64,000 nucleotides of DNA. It comes from a virus. The notes under the pieces are model-generated. The model worked only from the letters and a program-made list of their open reading frames with translations. It ran no database searches and was not told the origin of the DNA. This document shows positions 1 to 9,857 of the stretch, piece by piece. The stretch covers positions 36,494 to 100,493 of the IMG/VR virus record IMGVR_UViG_3300009551_000005. One strand, 5' to 3'. The position numbers and the translations under genes were made by a program. How positions within the stretch are numbered: position 1 is the stretch's first letter; each line of letters starts with the position of its first letter.

Positions 1-2
1 CG

Positions 3-788
3 AGCGACCCGGATGGTCCGGGCACTCTCCAGCTCGCGGCCGCCGTCGGCACCGCGTTCGCGACGACGCGCACGCCGGTCATCGGTGCGTACGCGCCCCT
101 TGTCGTGAACAGCGCGGGTGGCACGAACATCGACAACATCACCGCCGGCGACACGCTGACGCTCCAGCAGGTCATCAACGCCGTCGCGCTCCTCAGGAAC
201 GCGAACGTGATGCCCCACGAGGACGGCTACTACCACGCGCACATCGGCGCGCTGTCGGTGCCGCAGCTCTACGCGGACCCCGTGTTCCAGCGCCTGAACC
301 AGTCGCTCCCGAACGGGGACATCTACCAGACGGGCTTCGTCGACACGATCAACGGCATCAAGTTCTTCTTGAACACGGAGTCGCCGCTGTACGCGTCGAA
401 CAACGTGGGCAAGCTCACCGCGACCGCGTCTTCGGGCGTGTACGCGGCGGACATCGGGTCGGAGATCGTGAACGGCAACGGCGTCCAGATCGGCATGGTG
501 CTCATCACCGGCCGGGGTATCACCTGGGAGAAGCGCCTCGACGAGTCGAACTACGTCACCGAGGCCGGCACCACCGGCAAGATCGGCCAGTTCGATGTCG
601 TGAACAACGGCATCCAGGTCATCACCGAGGGCATCCGCCTCATCATCCGCGCGCCGCTCGACAAGCTTCAGCAGGTCGTGTCGGTCTCGTGGAGCATCTC
701 TACGAGCTTCTCGAGCCAGACCGACTACCTCGCGCAGAGCGGCCCCCAGGCCTACAAGCGCGGGATCGTCCTCCGCCACGCGGCGTAA
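3..788 (+). CDS. Major capsid protein, C-terminal part (5' truncated by the window)
   Basis: Frame open from base 3 to TAA at 788; C-terminal IIRAPLDKLQQVVSVSW resembles the D-x-L-x-Q tail of N4-gp56-like capsids; lies upstream of the neck/tail genes. Confidence 0.65.
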   Translation, partial: SDPDGPGTLQLAAAVGTAFATTRTPVIGAYAPLVVNSAGGTNIDNITAGDTLTLQQVINAVALLRNANVMPHEDGYYHAHIGALSVPQLYADPVFQRLNQSLPNGDIYQTGFVDTINGIKFFLNTESPLYASNNVGKLTATASSGVYAADIGSEIVNGNGVQIGMVLITGRGITWEKRLDESNYVTEAGTTGKIGQFDVVNNGIQVITEGIRLIIRAPLDKLQQVVSVSWSISTSFSSQTDYLAQSGPQAYKRGIVLRHAA

Positions 789-975
789 TCCGCTTCCCTT
801 CGCCGAGCGCCTCGGAGATCACCTGCGAGGCCTCGGCGAACGAGTCGCATACGCAGGGCACTTCGCCCGGAACGTACGCGAGCCATCCCTCTCCTTCGCC
901 CTCCGGCCCGACGATTCCGAACACCTTGGACACCTCGAAGAGGTGGTCGAAGTCGACATCAACGGACACCTTCAT
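700..975 (-). CDS. Small hypothetical protein (MKVSVDVDFDH...)
   Basis: ATG at 975 lies 10 nt downstream of a minus-strand GCGGCATC motif (986-993); 3' end overlaps the capsid gene. Confidence 0.35.
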   Translation of the reverse strand: MKVSVDVDFDHLFEVSKVFGIVGPEGEGEGWLAYVPGEVPCVCDSFAEASQVISEALGEGKRITPRGGGRSRACRPGGRSARGSRSGSRSS

Positions 976-992
976 GGCGTCGTTCGATGCCG

Positions 993-1016
993 CCGTCGGT
1001 GATCGATCACAGACGG
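993..1016. repeat. 24-bp palindrome copy 1 (1 mismatch), intergenic between divergent promoters
   Basis: CCGTCGGTGATCGATCACAGACGG. Confidence 0.95.
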
Positions 1017-1048
1017 TGCTAGCCTCCACCGGAGACGGAGGAATCCCC

Positions 1049-1429
1049 ATGGCGAGGCACGTACCCAACAAGAACAGCGAAACCGCGGTCCGCGCGCCCA
1101 TCCAGGGCGGCACGCTCGGTGTCCCCGCGCAGCCCCAGGCCGCGCCGCTTCCAGGCCCGTTCGTTCATCGGCAGCAGGGTCCCAGGCCGCCGGAGAAGAA
1201 GCCGCGGCGCTGGGAGGTGATGGACAACCCGAGGAAGGGCTCCGACGGTGATTGGCGCGTCCTCTTGAACCACGCGGTGGTCATCCTGAAGAGCGGGAGG
1301 ATCGTGACGGCGCTCAACTACAACCTCGATGAGCTCCGCGCACAGGGCGTGAAGCTGAAGCCCCTCGACCCGCCGGACGAGGAGGAGAACAAGCCCGAAG
1401 CGGACGGCGAAGAAGCCGCGGCGGAGTAG
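1049..1429 (+). CDS. Hypothetical virion-module protein
   Basis: GGAGG RBS before ATG 1049 (MARHVPNK); TAGCCT -10 at 1020-1025. Confidence 0.7.
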   Translation: MARHVPNKNSETAVRAPIQGGTLGVPAQPQAAPLPGPFVHRQQGPRPPEKKPRRWEVMDNPRKGSDGDWRVLLNHAVVILKSGRIVTALNYNLDELRAQGVKLKPLDPPDEEENKPEADGEEAAAE

Positions 1430-1433
1430 CTCT

Positions 1434-1646
1434 GTGGGAGTGGAGCTCGTCTACTCTTGCGACGTCTGCAAGGACGTGGCTCACGAGAAGGACTTCTACG
1501 CGGGCAAGCCGCGGTGGACCACGATGAACATCAACTCTCCGAGCATCCCCGGCGTGGGCATTGCGCAGGTGGCTCTCTGTTCGGAGAGGTGCCTGGTGAA
1601 CTGGCACGAGAAGGAAGCTCGTAGGCTGAGAGGCGGTGCGCGGTGA
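1434..1646 (+). CDS. Small Cys-rich (zinc-finger-like) protein
   Basis: CDVC...CSERC; GTGA overlap with the next gene. Confidence 0.55.
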   Translation: MGVELVYSCDVCKDVAHEKDFYAGKPRWTTMNINSPSIPGVGIAQVALCSERCLVNWHEKEARRLRGGAR

Positions 1647-2053
1647 CCCAGATCTCTTCGACCAACCGGGTGAAGGCGCGCCATCACATGGGCTACGGCG
1701 GCGTCACGCAGGCGCAGACGTTCATCTTGGGCGTGCCGGCGGCGACGCAGCAGCAGTTCATGATCGAGAACGCGCTGAACCAGCTTCTCCCCGAGTCGCT
1801 CCCCAAGTTCGAAGAGATCCTCAAGCAACTCGACGGCATCGAGGAGCGTATCTGGAAGGCCATCGGGAACTTCGAGGCGAACAAGGTCGGCAACATCGAG
1901 GTCAACACGAAGGCCGACCAGGACATGATCCGCGGCTACCTCTTCTTCCAGGGCGCGCTCGCGAACATGCTCCTCGTGCCGCCGAATCCGAACGACATGC
2001 GCCCGTGGATCGGCGGAAGCGGTGGGATCAACGCGCCCGTGATGCACGGATAG
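1643..2053 (+). CDS. Putative head-tail adaptor/completion protein
   Basis: 136 aa, helical; position after the capsid gene. Confidence 0.5.
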   Translation: MTQISSTNRVKARHHMGYGGVTQAQTFILGVPAATQQQFMIENALNQLLPESLPKFEEILKQLDGIEERIWKAIGNFEANKVGNIEVNTKADQDMIRGYLFFQGALANMLLVPPNPNDMRPWIGGSGGINAPVMHG

Positions 2054-2076
2054 CAGAGCGGCAGTAGCCTCTCTGC

Positions 2077-2466
2077 ATGAGCCCCTATCGTCAGCCCGGC
2101 AAGATCACTCCCACCCGCAACCCTCGCAGCGTCTTCGGCGCTGGCCTCCTGATGCTGGCCATCGCGGTGCCCGTCGGCGCGGCCACTTCGTCGACCACGG
2201 GATGCGGCGCTGCCGCCGTCGTTCCGACGGTGGTCTCGCAGTTCCCGCAGTTCGAGCAGCTCTATCAATGCGTGAGCTCCAACTGGGGCAAGCCCGTCGA
2301 CCAGATCGTAGGCGCCTGCGGTCAGCAGTTCGCCAACGTCATCGCGGACATCATCGCGGACATCGAGATCACCGCAGGGCTCATCGGCACGCCGAAGGAT
2401 CCCTACGCGGCCGAGCCTCGCGTCCAGACGCTCGTCGCTGCCAAGCTCGCCGCGGCGAAGAAGTAG
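2077..2466 (+). CDS. Secreted or lipoprotein-like hypothetical protein
   Basis: Hydrophobic signal-like segment followed by TTGC; TAGCCT-N6-ATG leaderless start. Confidence 0.6.
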   Translation: MSPYRQPGKITPTRNPRSVFGAGLLMLAIAVPVGAATSSTTGCGAAAVVPTVVSQFPQFEQLYQCVSSNWGKPVDQIVGACGQQFANVIADIIADIEITAGLIGTPKDPYAAEPRVQTLVAAKLAAAKK

Positions 2467-2472
2467 GCATAC

Positions 2473-3093
2473 GTGTCCGACATCCGCCCGCTCACGCCCG
2501 GGGAGGCCGAGGACTCGCTCGCCAACCGGCTGAGCGGGATGGCGGACCGCGTGCGCCAGATCCCTACGCGCTTCGGCGCGCGCCCTTACAGGACGTTCCT
2601 CGTGTGGACGCGGTGGGGAGGGAAGATGCGCGGTGACGGCAACGAGGAGGTCACCAACGAGCTCGAGCTCCTGCCCACGCCGGAGGTCCAGAGCCTCGAC
2701 GCTGTCACCTTCTCCGCGTTCCACGCCGGCAATCTGCCGGTGGGTTCCATCCGCCTGATGGGCGTGTCGGTGCGTCTCTACTCCTACGACATGCTCGTCG
2801 GGCGTCTCATCCCCAAGTGCGTAGATCCCGACAGCGGACGCGTGGAGGTGGCGGCCGCGTACGAGCACCTCCCCCAACCGCTCGACTTCTATTACGAGGT
2901 CCGCGAAGACGGTCGGCAGCTCCCGCTCAGCGTCGACTGCCGGCCGGAGCGGCGTCGCTTCCAGCTCTTCTCGTGGCCATTCAAGAAGGCGGAAGACGTG
3001 GAGTGGACGCTCATGCTCGAGAAAGCGAGTGGTGACCGCACGCGCGCGGGTCTACCCCAGCTCTCGGAGCGCGGACCGCAGGAGGGTACGTGA
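2473..3093 (+). CDS. Putative head-closure/neck protein
   Basis: 206 aa, beta-rich; synteny within the neck module. Confidence 0.5.
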   Translation: MSDIRPLTPGEAEDSLANRLSGMADRVRQIPTRFGARPYRTFLVWTRWGGKMRGDGNEEVTNELELLPTPEVQSLDAVTFSAFHAGNLPVGSIRLMGVSVRLYSYDMLVGRLIPKCVDPDSGRVEVAAAYEHLPQPLDFYYEVREDGRQLPLSVDCRPERRRFQLFSWPFKKAEDVEWTLMLEKASGDRTRAGLPQLSERGPQEGT

Positions 3094-3287
3094 GGTTCGC
3101 GCTCGTCTTCCTCGTTGCGTGCGCGTCCGCTCCTCCGCCTCCGCGTGAAGCGCCCGTCACGTGGTCTTTCTGCGACGGGCTCGCGCCGCCGGAGTGCGCG
3201 GAGGAACCGCTTTGCGCCGTTCGTCCGGTCACTGATCCGAAAGGCTTCTCGCGTCCGAAGTGCTTCAGCGCTTCTTCAGGACGATGA
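3090..3287 (+). CDS. Small Cys-rich putative lipoprotein
   Basis: MRFALVFLVAC lipobox-like N-terminus; GTGA coupling. Confidence 0.5.
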   Translation: MRFALVFLVACASAPPPPREAPVTWSFCDGLAPPECAEEPLCAVRPVTDPKGFSRPKCFSASSGR

Positions 3288-3582
3288 TCGAAGGCGTCGC
3301 GATCATCTCGTTCTTCAACATGAGCTGACGCATCACGAACCAGCGGTAGGCGACTTCCTCCGCGTGCGCAGCGAGCCACTGAGCCTCACGCACTGCGTCT
3401 GCGCCGTTGCCGATGAGCATCCTTTGGAATGCGATCTCCGCGCGCTTGCGGAGCTCCAAGGTCTCCTCGAGATCCTTTCGCGCTTGGCTCCCCGGCTCGA
3501 AGCGCTTCAGGAGCTCCTGCACGGGGTCACGCGCGCTTGTCACGATCTCGAGCTCGTCCGAGTCGGTGCTGGGGATGCTCAT
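3265..3582 (-). CDS. Hypothetical protein
   Basis: GCGGCATC-N9-ATG on the minus strand; helical 105 aa. Confidence 0.65.
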   Translation of the reverse strand: MSIPSTDSDELEIVTSARDPVQELLKRFEPGSQARKDLEETLELRKRAEIAFQRMLIGNGADAVREAQWLAAHAEEVAYRWFVMRQLMLKNEMIATPSIIVLKKR

Positions 3583-3617
3583 GGCTCGCGCGATGCCGCC
3601 CCCGTACGATCTTCCTT

Positions 3618-4142
3618 GTGCCGACCTTCGACGCGCTCGATCCCGGGAAGCTTGCCGCGTACCTGAACGGGCAGCTCCGCGACCGCACGCGCAGAGGCAT
3701 CTACTCCGCGGCGGTTCTCACGCACCAGGAGATCGTCGTGCGTCTCATCCCCGGGGAGAAGCCTCCGCCGGTGGACCGCGGCGCGTATCGCGCGGGCTGG
3801 CGCGTGGAGATGACGGAGGAGGGCGCGGACATCGTGAACAAGGTGCCGCAGGCGGCCATCATCGAGCTCGGAGTACGCGCGGCGAACGTGAAGCCCGGCA
3901 AGGCGATGATCGATGCGCTCGCTGAGTGGGCGCGCAGGAAAGGACTGCTCGGTAAGGGAGTGCGACGCGACGATCCGCAGCTCCGCGGCGTCGCATGGGC
4001 CATCGCCACCGCCATGCGAAAGGGCAAAGGCATCTTCGTGCGAGCTGGACGCGAGGGGCTCCGCATCGCGGAGCGGGGCAAGGAGTTCTTCGAGAAGAAG
4101 GCGGTGGAGGAGGTCGCGAAAGCGATCAGCGAGGGTCCGTGA
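3618..4142 (+). CDS. Putative neck/tail-completion protein (HK97 gp10-like)
   Basis: PVDRGAYRAGW...N.VPQAAIIELG motif; TACGAT-N7-GTG start. Confidence 0.6.
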   Translation: MPTFDALDPGKLAAYLNGQLRDRTRRGIYSAAVLTHQEIVVRLIPGEKPPPVDRGAYRAGWRVEMTEEGADIVNKVPQAAIIELGVRAANVKPGKAMIDALAEWARRKGLLGKGVRRDDPQLRGVAWAIATAMRKGKGIFVRAGREGLRIAERGKEFFEKKAVEEVAKAISEGP

Positions 4143-4983
4143 ACGGGTGCTTGGAGCTCCACGAGCGCGCGTGCTCGAGGCGCTCGTCGCCCTTCGGGCA
4201 GGGTCCAAGCTCCCCGGTGAACTGGCAGAGTCCAGCCTTGGCACGGAGGCTCTTTCTCATCATGTGGAGCGCGATGCGCGCCGCGAGCCTGCGGTTACCG
4301 CGTACCGCCTCGCGCGTGACGGGTACCGCGCCATCCCTCGAGGAGCATCCGTAGGACCACTCCCGCGCGTCGTCGTAGAGCGCGATGCCCCCGCAGTCGT
4401 AGTGCACCTGCCAGAGCGAGACCGCGATTCCACCGTCGCAGTCACCCTGCATCATCGTGACCGCGTTCTTCGCACGCCACGCGGAGTCGTTGCACCTTTG
4501 GGCGTCCACGTACTCGCGGAAGTGTGAGCCCTCGTAGTCGGCCACCGCGGCGAGGAGTATGGCGGTCCGCGCACGAGACTCATCACCCTCAAACGCGGGC
4601 TGCTCGCGAAGTGCCACATGCGCGATGTCGCCGGCGAGCTCCGTGAAGGGCACCGTGGCCTTCGACTCCTTCACCCACGACCGCATCGCCTCGAGGACGT
4701 GTGCGGCGAGGCGCTCCTCGACCTCCGGCGAAACTGTCGGCGGGAGAGGCGCGGGCGGAGCAGAGGAAGACGCGACGGGCACAGAGCTCGGAGCAGGAGG
4801 CGTCGGGATGGAGACCGCTGCCACTGTCGTAAGAAGGCGCGCCGCGGAGGCGGATGTCATCGGGCGTGGAGAGGTCATCGCGTTGTCCACCGCAAGGATG
4901 ACTCCGAGGAGAACGATCGCGGCTGCGAGCACACCGAAGAAGGTGAGCGCGTTCTTGAGTGCGTTTTTCATGGTGTGGTTCAT
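4126..4983 (-). CDS. Membrane-anchored lysozyme-fold/lytic transglycosylase-like protein
   Basis: N-terminal TM helix, Pro/Ser linker, then YEGSHF and DGGIAVSLWQVH resembling SLT motifs I and II; GCGGCATC motif upstream. Confidence 0.5.
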   Translation of the reverse strand: MNHTMKNALKNALTFFGVLAAAIVLLGVILAVDNAMTSPRPMTSASAARLLTTVAAVSIPTPPAPSSVPVASSSAPPAPLPPTVSPEVEERLAAHVLEAMRSWVKESKATVPFTELAGDIAHVALREQPAFEGDESRARTAILLAAVADYEGSHFREYVDAQRCNDSAWRAKNAVTMMQGDCDGGIAVSLWQVHYDCGGIALYDDAREWSYGCSSRDGAVPVTREAVRGNRRLAARIALHMMRKSLRAKAGLCQFTGELGPCPKGDERLEHARSWSSKHPFTDPR

Positions 4984-5026
4984 GGCGCGCGCCGGGATGC
5001 CGCGCCAGGGGTGGTAGGCTCTCCGC

Positions 5027-5806
5027 GTGGGCCTCTATGACCTCCTCCGGCAGTTCTTCGGGCCCTTCAAGAGCCCTGCTGGCGATCCGCCGGGGCAACC
5101 AGTCTCCGCGGCGAGCTTCTTCGGGCAGGTGTGGCCACCGCGCAATCCGCCGCCCATCGCAGTGCCGACAGAAGACGGTCGGACCGTCGCGCTGAGGCAG
5201 CTCCGCACCTACGTGGCCAACCTGACGTTCTTCCGCCCGGGCAACACCGGTGCGCGCCCCATCCCCGTGCGCATTCCTGAAGACCACTTTCACATCGAGT
5301 GGCCAGAGCGCATCGAGGACATGATCATGCCGTGCATTGCGGTGGTGGAGTCCAACGGACCCTACCTCTCCATCGGACTCGGCCCGAGCTACATCGACCC
5401 GCGCTCCGAAGACGTCTACGCGCCAGGCACCGTCGTGCAGTGGCAGGCGGAGTACCGCGAGAAGATCAACCTGGAGATCTGGACAGAAGAGAAGAGCCAG
5501 CGACGCGCCATTCTCGCGGGACTCGAAACCGCGTTCTCTCCGGCGGAGCAGATCTCGGGCGTGCGCTTCCTGATGCCAGGATTCTTCGGGCAGCTCGTCA
5601 CGTTCGACCTCAACGCGCGGCGCATCATCGACGACAAGGACAGCGCGATCCGTCGCCGGCGAGCGCAGGTGGAGATGGGCATGCGTCTCACGACGGTGCG
5701 GCTCGTGAACAAGGTCACGCTGCGCCCGGTGACGAGCGCGGTGGTTGGCTTCCCCGGGGAGGTCGACCTGTCACTCGACGAGAATGCGACCGTGCTGCCT
5801 CCCTAG
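5027..5806 (+). CDS. Putative tail terminator/completion protein
   Basis: Immediately upstream of the sheath; TGGTAGGCT-N6-GTG. Confidence 0.55.
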   Translation: MGLYDLLRQFFGPFKSPAGDPPGQPVSAASFFGQVWPPRNPPPIAVPTEDGRTVALRQLRTYVANLTFFRPGNTGARPIPVRIPEDHFHIEWPERIEDMIMPCIAVVESNGPYLSIGLGPSYIDPRSEDVYAPGTVVQWQAEYREKINLEIWTEEKSQRRAILAGLETAFSPAEQISGVRFLMPGFFGQLVTFDLNARRIIDDKDSAIRRRRAQVEMGMRLTTVRLVNKVTLRPVTSAVVGFPGEVDLSLDENATVLPP

Positions 5807-5869
5807 CCGAGGCGCTCGTCACGGGGGTGGCACCCTGTTACCTTCCGCCGGGAGAGCAAGGAGCAAGCG

Positions 5870-8506
5870 ATGGGAGCCTCGTTCATCCGCCGGTACACGT
5901 TCGACCCCGGCAGCACGGTCCTCCTCAACATCGAGTCGGTCAACATCCTCGACCTCCAGCCGCCGGCGTCCATCACCGGAATCGGCTCGGGGACGGCGAT
6001 GCTGGTCGGCGAGTTCGAGGATGGTCCGTTCAACTCGCCGTTCAACGTCGGGTCGACGACCGGCTCGACGGGGCTCGTCACGCTCGCAGGAGCGCTCGGG
6101 TACACCTACAACGGCGTGCAGGGGCAGTACCCGTGCGCGGTCCAGCGGAAAGCCGACGGCGCGGTCTTGCCGGAATACTGGAACGGCAACGGGTTCGTTC
6201 AGCTCAACGCGAAGCAGTTCGCGGCGCTCGTCCTCTGCCGCGTGAACACCAGCGTGGGCAGCGTGAGCTTCACGCGCCTCGCGTCGATCACGGGCTCCAT
6301 CGTCAGCTACTCGTACCAGCTCTCCGCTTCGCAGGTTCTCGCTCTCGACCTCGGACTCGGAGCCGGCGCGGTGAGCGCGACGTTCTCCGCCGCGGCTGCG
6401 ACGGTCACCGGTTCCGGCGCAACCTTCGCGAGCATCACCGCCGGTCAGACCGCGGTGCTCGGATACGACGGGCAGCCGAACGTCACCGTCACCTTCCAGA
6501 GCGGTGACAACTCGCAGGCGTGCGCCATCGCGCGCATCAACGCGGTGTTCGGCTTCGCGTTCGCCTCGACCTCTGGCGGGCAGATGTCGCTGACTGGCCT
6601 TCAGCAGGGTAACGGCGGGCAGGTGCGTGTCATCTCCGGCACCGCGCTCACGAATCTCGGGCTCACCGTCGCCAACACGAGCGGGACGGGCAACGTCGCC
6701 AACATCAATCAGGTGGCGTTCAACGAGGTGCAGTCGGTCATCCAGACCGCCGTCGCTGGCACGAAGGTGGAGCAGGACTCCTCGGGACGTCTGCGCATCT
6801 CCAACACCGCGACGCCGGGCACGGGCGCCATCACGGTGGCATCTGCGACGACGGCCACGGGCCTTGGGTTCACGGTGGGTCAGCAGGGCACCGCGACGGG
6901 TTACGCGTACCTGACGGGCACCGCGATGACCATCCCGCCGACCTTCGCCGGCGGCGAGACCGTGACGCTCGGGATCGACAACCTCCCGAACTTCGTCACG
7001 ACGTTCCAGGCGGGTGACACGACCGCTGCGCTCATCGCTTCGCGCATCAACGCGGCCGCGGTGGCGGCGGGCTACCCCGCGACCGGCTTCACGTTCGCGA
7101 CGGCGCTCGGTTCGAGCCCCTTCTACCTGAACCTCCAGGGCTTCACGCAGGGCGGTCAGATCCGCGTCGTTGGCGCGAGCGCGGGCTCGGTGCTCACGAA
7201 GCTCGGGCTCACCGTCGGCACGCAGGTCGGCACGGCGCAGCGCGACGGCACGCTGCCCGCGGGCACGCGCGTCCAAGTCCCCGGCGGAACGCTCTACGTG
7301 ACGATGCAGACCATCAGCGTCACGGCCATCGCCATTCCCGGGCAGACCGCGAGCGGCGTGGGTCCGTACAGCGTTCCGGTCCGCTTCGCGGTCGACGACG
7401 GCACGGGTTCCGCGTCTTCTGCGAGCGCGATCACCAGCGTGGTCGCACCGCCGGACATCGCCGCGTTCAGCGTCCTGAATCCGCTGCCCACGACCAACGC
7501 GCTCACCGAGGCGCAGATCGACGCGGCTTACGTCCAGGCGTTCAACTCCACGCTCGACCAGAACGGCGTCGCGTCGGTCGTGAACATCGTCTGGAGCGCG
7601 CGCCAGTCCAACCAGGTGCGCAGCGCGGGCGGACAGAACGCCATCGCCGCGAGCAACGCAGGCCTCTACGGGCGCGTCTTCGTCGGACGCACGCCGATGG
7701 GCACCGCGGAAACCACCGCGTTCAGCACCACCGCGTCGCCAGGCGTCGGTACGTACCGGAGCGACCGGTTCATCTACGTGTGGCCGCAGGTGAACACCTT
7801 CGTGCCGCTCATCGCGCAGCGCGGTCCTGCGGGAGGCGCGGCGTTCAACGCGTCTGGCAACGTGGACGTCGGTGCCGACGGCTTCCTCGCGTCGCTCATG
7901 TCGCAGCTCAACCCCGAAGAGAACCCGGGGCAGGAGACCGGCTTCACTGGCGGCGCGCAGGCGATGGAGACCGCGTTCCAGCCCGGCGGCTCGCAGTACA
8001 CGGCAACGCTCGGCGGCGCGGGTCTCCAGGTCGACGACTACAAGCAGTGCAAGGCGCTCGGCATCTGCGCGCCTCGCTTCGACCAGGGTGTCCTCATCTT
8101 CCAGAGCGGCGTGACCAGCGTCGACCCGGTGGCCAACAGCGGGCTCGCGCCGATCTCGCGCCGGCGTATGGCGGACTTCCTCGAAGACTCGGTCGCACGC
8201 TTCGCCGTCTCGTACGGCAAGAAGCTTTCGACCTACCGCCGGCGCGCGGGTCTCTGCCAGGCCATCCGCATCTTCCTCCGCGGACTCCTCTCCGCGGACG
8301 ACCTCTCGCAGCAGAGGATCGGCGGGTTCAAGGTCGACGGGAGCGCGCGGGCAGGCAACACGCCGGCGCTTCTCCAGGCGGGTCTCTTCCGCATCAAGAT
8401 CAATGTCCAGCTCCTGCCGTCGATGGACTCCATCGTCCTGGAGTTCAACGTGGGCCAGAACGTGTTCGACGTGACCGAGTCGGTGCCGCTCCAGCTCGCG
8501 GCGTAA
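5870..8506 (+). CDS. Contractile tail sheath protein
   Basis: 878 aa; N-terminal ITGIGSGTAMLVGEFEDGP and C-terminal ISRRRMADFLEDS sheath-like motifs; followed by a tube-sized gene. Confidence 0.85.
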   Translation: MGASFIRRYTFDPGSTVLLNIESVNILDLQPPASITGIGSGTAMLVGEFEDGPFNSPFNVGSTTGSTGLVTLAGALGYTYNGVQGQYPCAVQRKADGAVLPEYWNGNGFVQLNAKQFAALVLCRVNTSVGSVSFTRLASITGSIVSYSYQLSASQVLALDLGLGAGAVSATFSAAAATVTGSGATFASITAGQTAVLGYDGQPNVTVTFQSGDNSQACAIARINAVFGFAFASTSGGQMSLTGLQQGNGGQVRVISGTALTNLGLTVANTSGTGNVANINQVAFNEVQSVIQTAVAGTKVEQDSSGRLRISNTATPGTGAITVASATTATGLGFTVGQQGTATGYAYLTGTAMTIPPTFAGGETVTLGIDNLPNFVTTFQAGDTTAALIASRINAAAVAAGYPATGFTFATALGSSPFYLNLQGFTQGGQIRVVGASAGSVLTKLGLTVGTQVGTAQRDGTLPAGTRVQVPGGTLYVTMQTISVTAIAIPGQTASGVGPYSVPVRFAVDDGTGSASSASAITSVVAPPDIAAFSVLNPLPTTNALTEAQIDAAYVQAFNSTLDQNGVASVVNIVWSARQSNQVRSAGGQNAIAASNAGLYGRVFVGRTPMGTAETTAFSTTASPGVGTYRSDRFIYVWPQVNTFVPLIAQRGPAGGAAFNASGNVDVGADGFLASLMSQLNPEENPGQETGFTGGAQAMETAFQPGGSQYTATLGGAGLQVDDYKQCKALGICAPRFDQGVLIFQSGVTSVDPVANSGLAPISRRRMADFLEDSVARFAVSYGKKLSTYRRRAGLCQAIRIFLRGLLSADDLSQQRIGGFKVDGSARAGNTPALLQAGLFRIKINVQLLPSMDSIVLEFNVGQNVFDVTESVPLQLAA

Positions 8507-8517
8507 GGAGAAGGACG

Positions 8518-8964
8518 ATGGCAGGGCAGCGCATCCTCGGACAGGAGATCGTGATCCTCATCACGGAGAACGGCGTTCTCCAGGAGACGCTCGACTCCGT
8601 CCAGGCGTTCGAGTTCTCGTGCGACTTCGAGGTGAAGTCCCAGGCCTACATCGGCCTGAAGACGCAGCTCAAAAGATTCGTCTTCAAGGGCATCTCGGGG
8701 TCATTCGACCTCCACGTGCACACGGCCGATTACTTCACGTTCCTTCAGGACGTGAAGAACACGGCGCAGAGCCTGACGCCCAACACGAACTTCACCGCGT
8801 CCGGCGCGTTCAACTTCCCGAACGGCGACACCGCCGAGACCACGTTCCCCAACCTGGTCTTCGGCAAGATCGATCACAACGTGAAGGCAGCCGGCGACTT
8901 CTTCGACATCAAGGTCCCCTTCGAGGGGAGCGACCTCGACATCGAGCTCCAGATCAACGTCTAG
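8518..8964 (+). CDS. Tail tube protein
   Basis: 148 aa, beta-rich; AAGGAG RBS; directly after the sheath. Confidence 0.75.
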   Translation: MAGQRILGQEIVILITENGVLQETLDSVQAFEFSCDFEVKSQAYIGLKTQLKRFVFKGISGSFDLHVHTADYFTFLQDVKNTAQSLTPNTNFTASGAFNFPNGDTAETTFPNLVFGKIDHNVKAAGDFFDIKVPFEGSDLDIELQINV

Positions 8965-9134
8965 GCGAGGGGTTGTTCCACCGGAGGCGCGCACAGGGCG
9001 TCGTCGGCGGCTCGGGCAACCTCCGACTTCCCCGCCCATCCTCGCCGGGCCTGGATGGGGGAGAGGAGGTCTGGTGAGAGAGCGCCTCCCCAGCCCGGGG
9101 CCGTCGTCGCCCGACTAGAAAGACGAGGAACATC

Positions 9135-9857
9135 ATGGAAGGCATCAAGAGGAGCTTCGGTCCCAAGATCGACAGCAGCGAGCCGTCGGCGGAGGAACGT
9201 GCGGCAGTGGGCGCTGTGGGCGGTCATCCCGCGTTTCGCGACGCACCCCCGCCTGGCGTGCCCAAGGTGAAGACGCGCGCTCCTGAGCAGGAGATCGACG
9301 AGGAGGACGAATCGGAGCTCGTCGAAGAGGCAGGAGCTCCGCCGGACGACGACAGCCCGGGCAACGCCGCGCAGGACGACGATGACGATCCCAAGCCGAA
9401 GCTCAACGCGGCGGCTGATGACGTCCCCTACCCGGACTTCGAGGAAGAGGACAACTGGCCGGCGTGGGCGGTCCTTCCCAAGCAGGTGAAGCCGAAGCCC
9501 GGCACGCGCATGGAGTGCTTCAAGTTCGAGGCGGAGCACACCGAGGACCAGCAGGAGCACTGGTGCATCGTCTGGCCGCTCAAGGACAAGGAGCAGGCCA
9601 ACGCGTACAAGAACACCGCCGGCACCGCGGAGCGCGCCATCGCGGAGCTTGCGAAGATGGGTCTGCGCGTCGTCGACGGGCTGCCCGCGCGCTGGGACGT
9701 CACGCCGGCGACGTCGGGCAGTATCATGGGTTTCTGGAACGTCATCGGCGCGAAGGGGCGCCAGATGCTCCAGGAGTGGTACGCGAAGGCTCACGCGTTC
9801 TCCAAGGAGGAGCGGAAGGTTTTTTTCGCGCGCTGCTACGGTTCCAAGAGGGCGTAG
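9135..9857 (+). CDS. Tail assembly chaperone (G-like)
   Basis: Between tube and tape measure; GAGG RBS; slippery site near the 3' end. Confidence 0.7.
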   Translation: MEGIKRSFGPKIDSSEPSAEERAAVGAVGGHPAFRDAPPPGVPKVKTRAPEQEIDEEDESELVEEAGAPPDDDSPGNAAQDDDDDPKPKLNAAADDVPYPDFEEEDNWPAWAVLPKQVKPKPGTRMECFKFEAEHTEDQQEHWCIVWPLKDKEQANAYKNTAGTAERAIAELAKMGLRVVDGLPARWDVTPATSGSIMGFWNVIGAKGRQMLQEWYAKAHAFSKEERKVFFARCYGSKRA

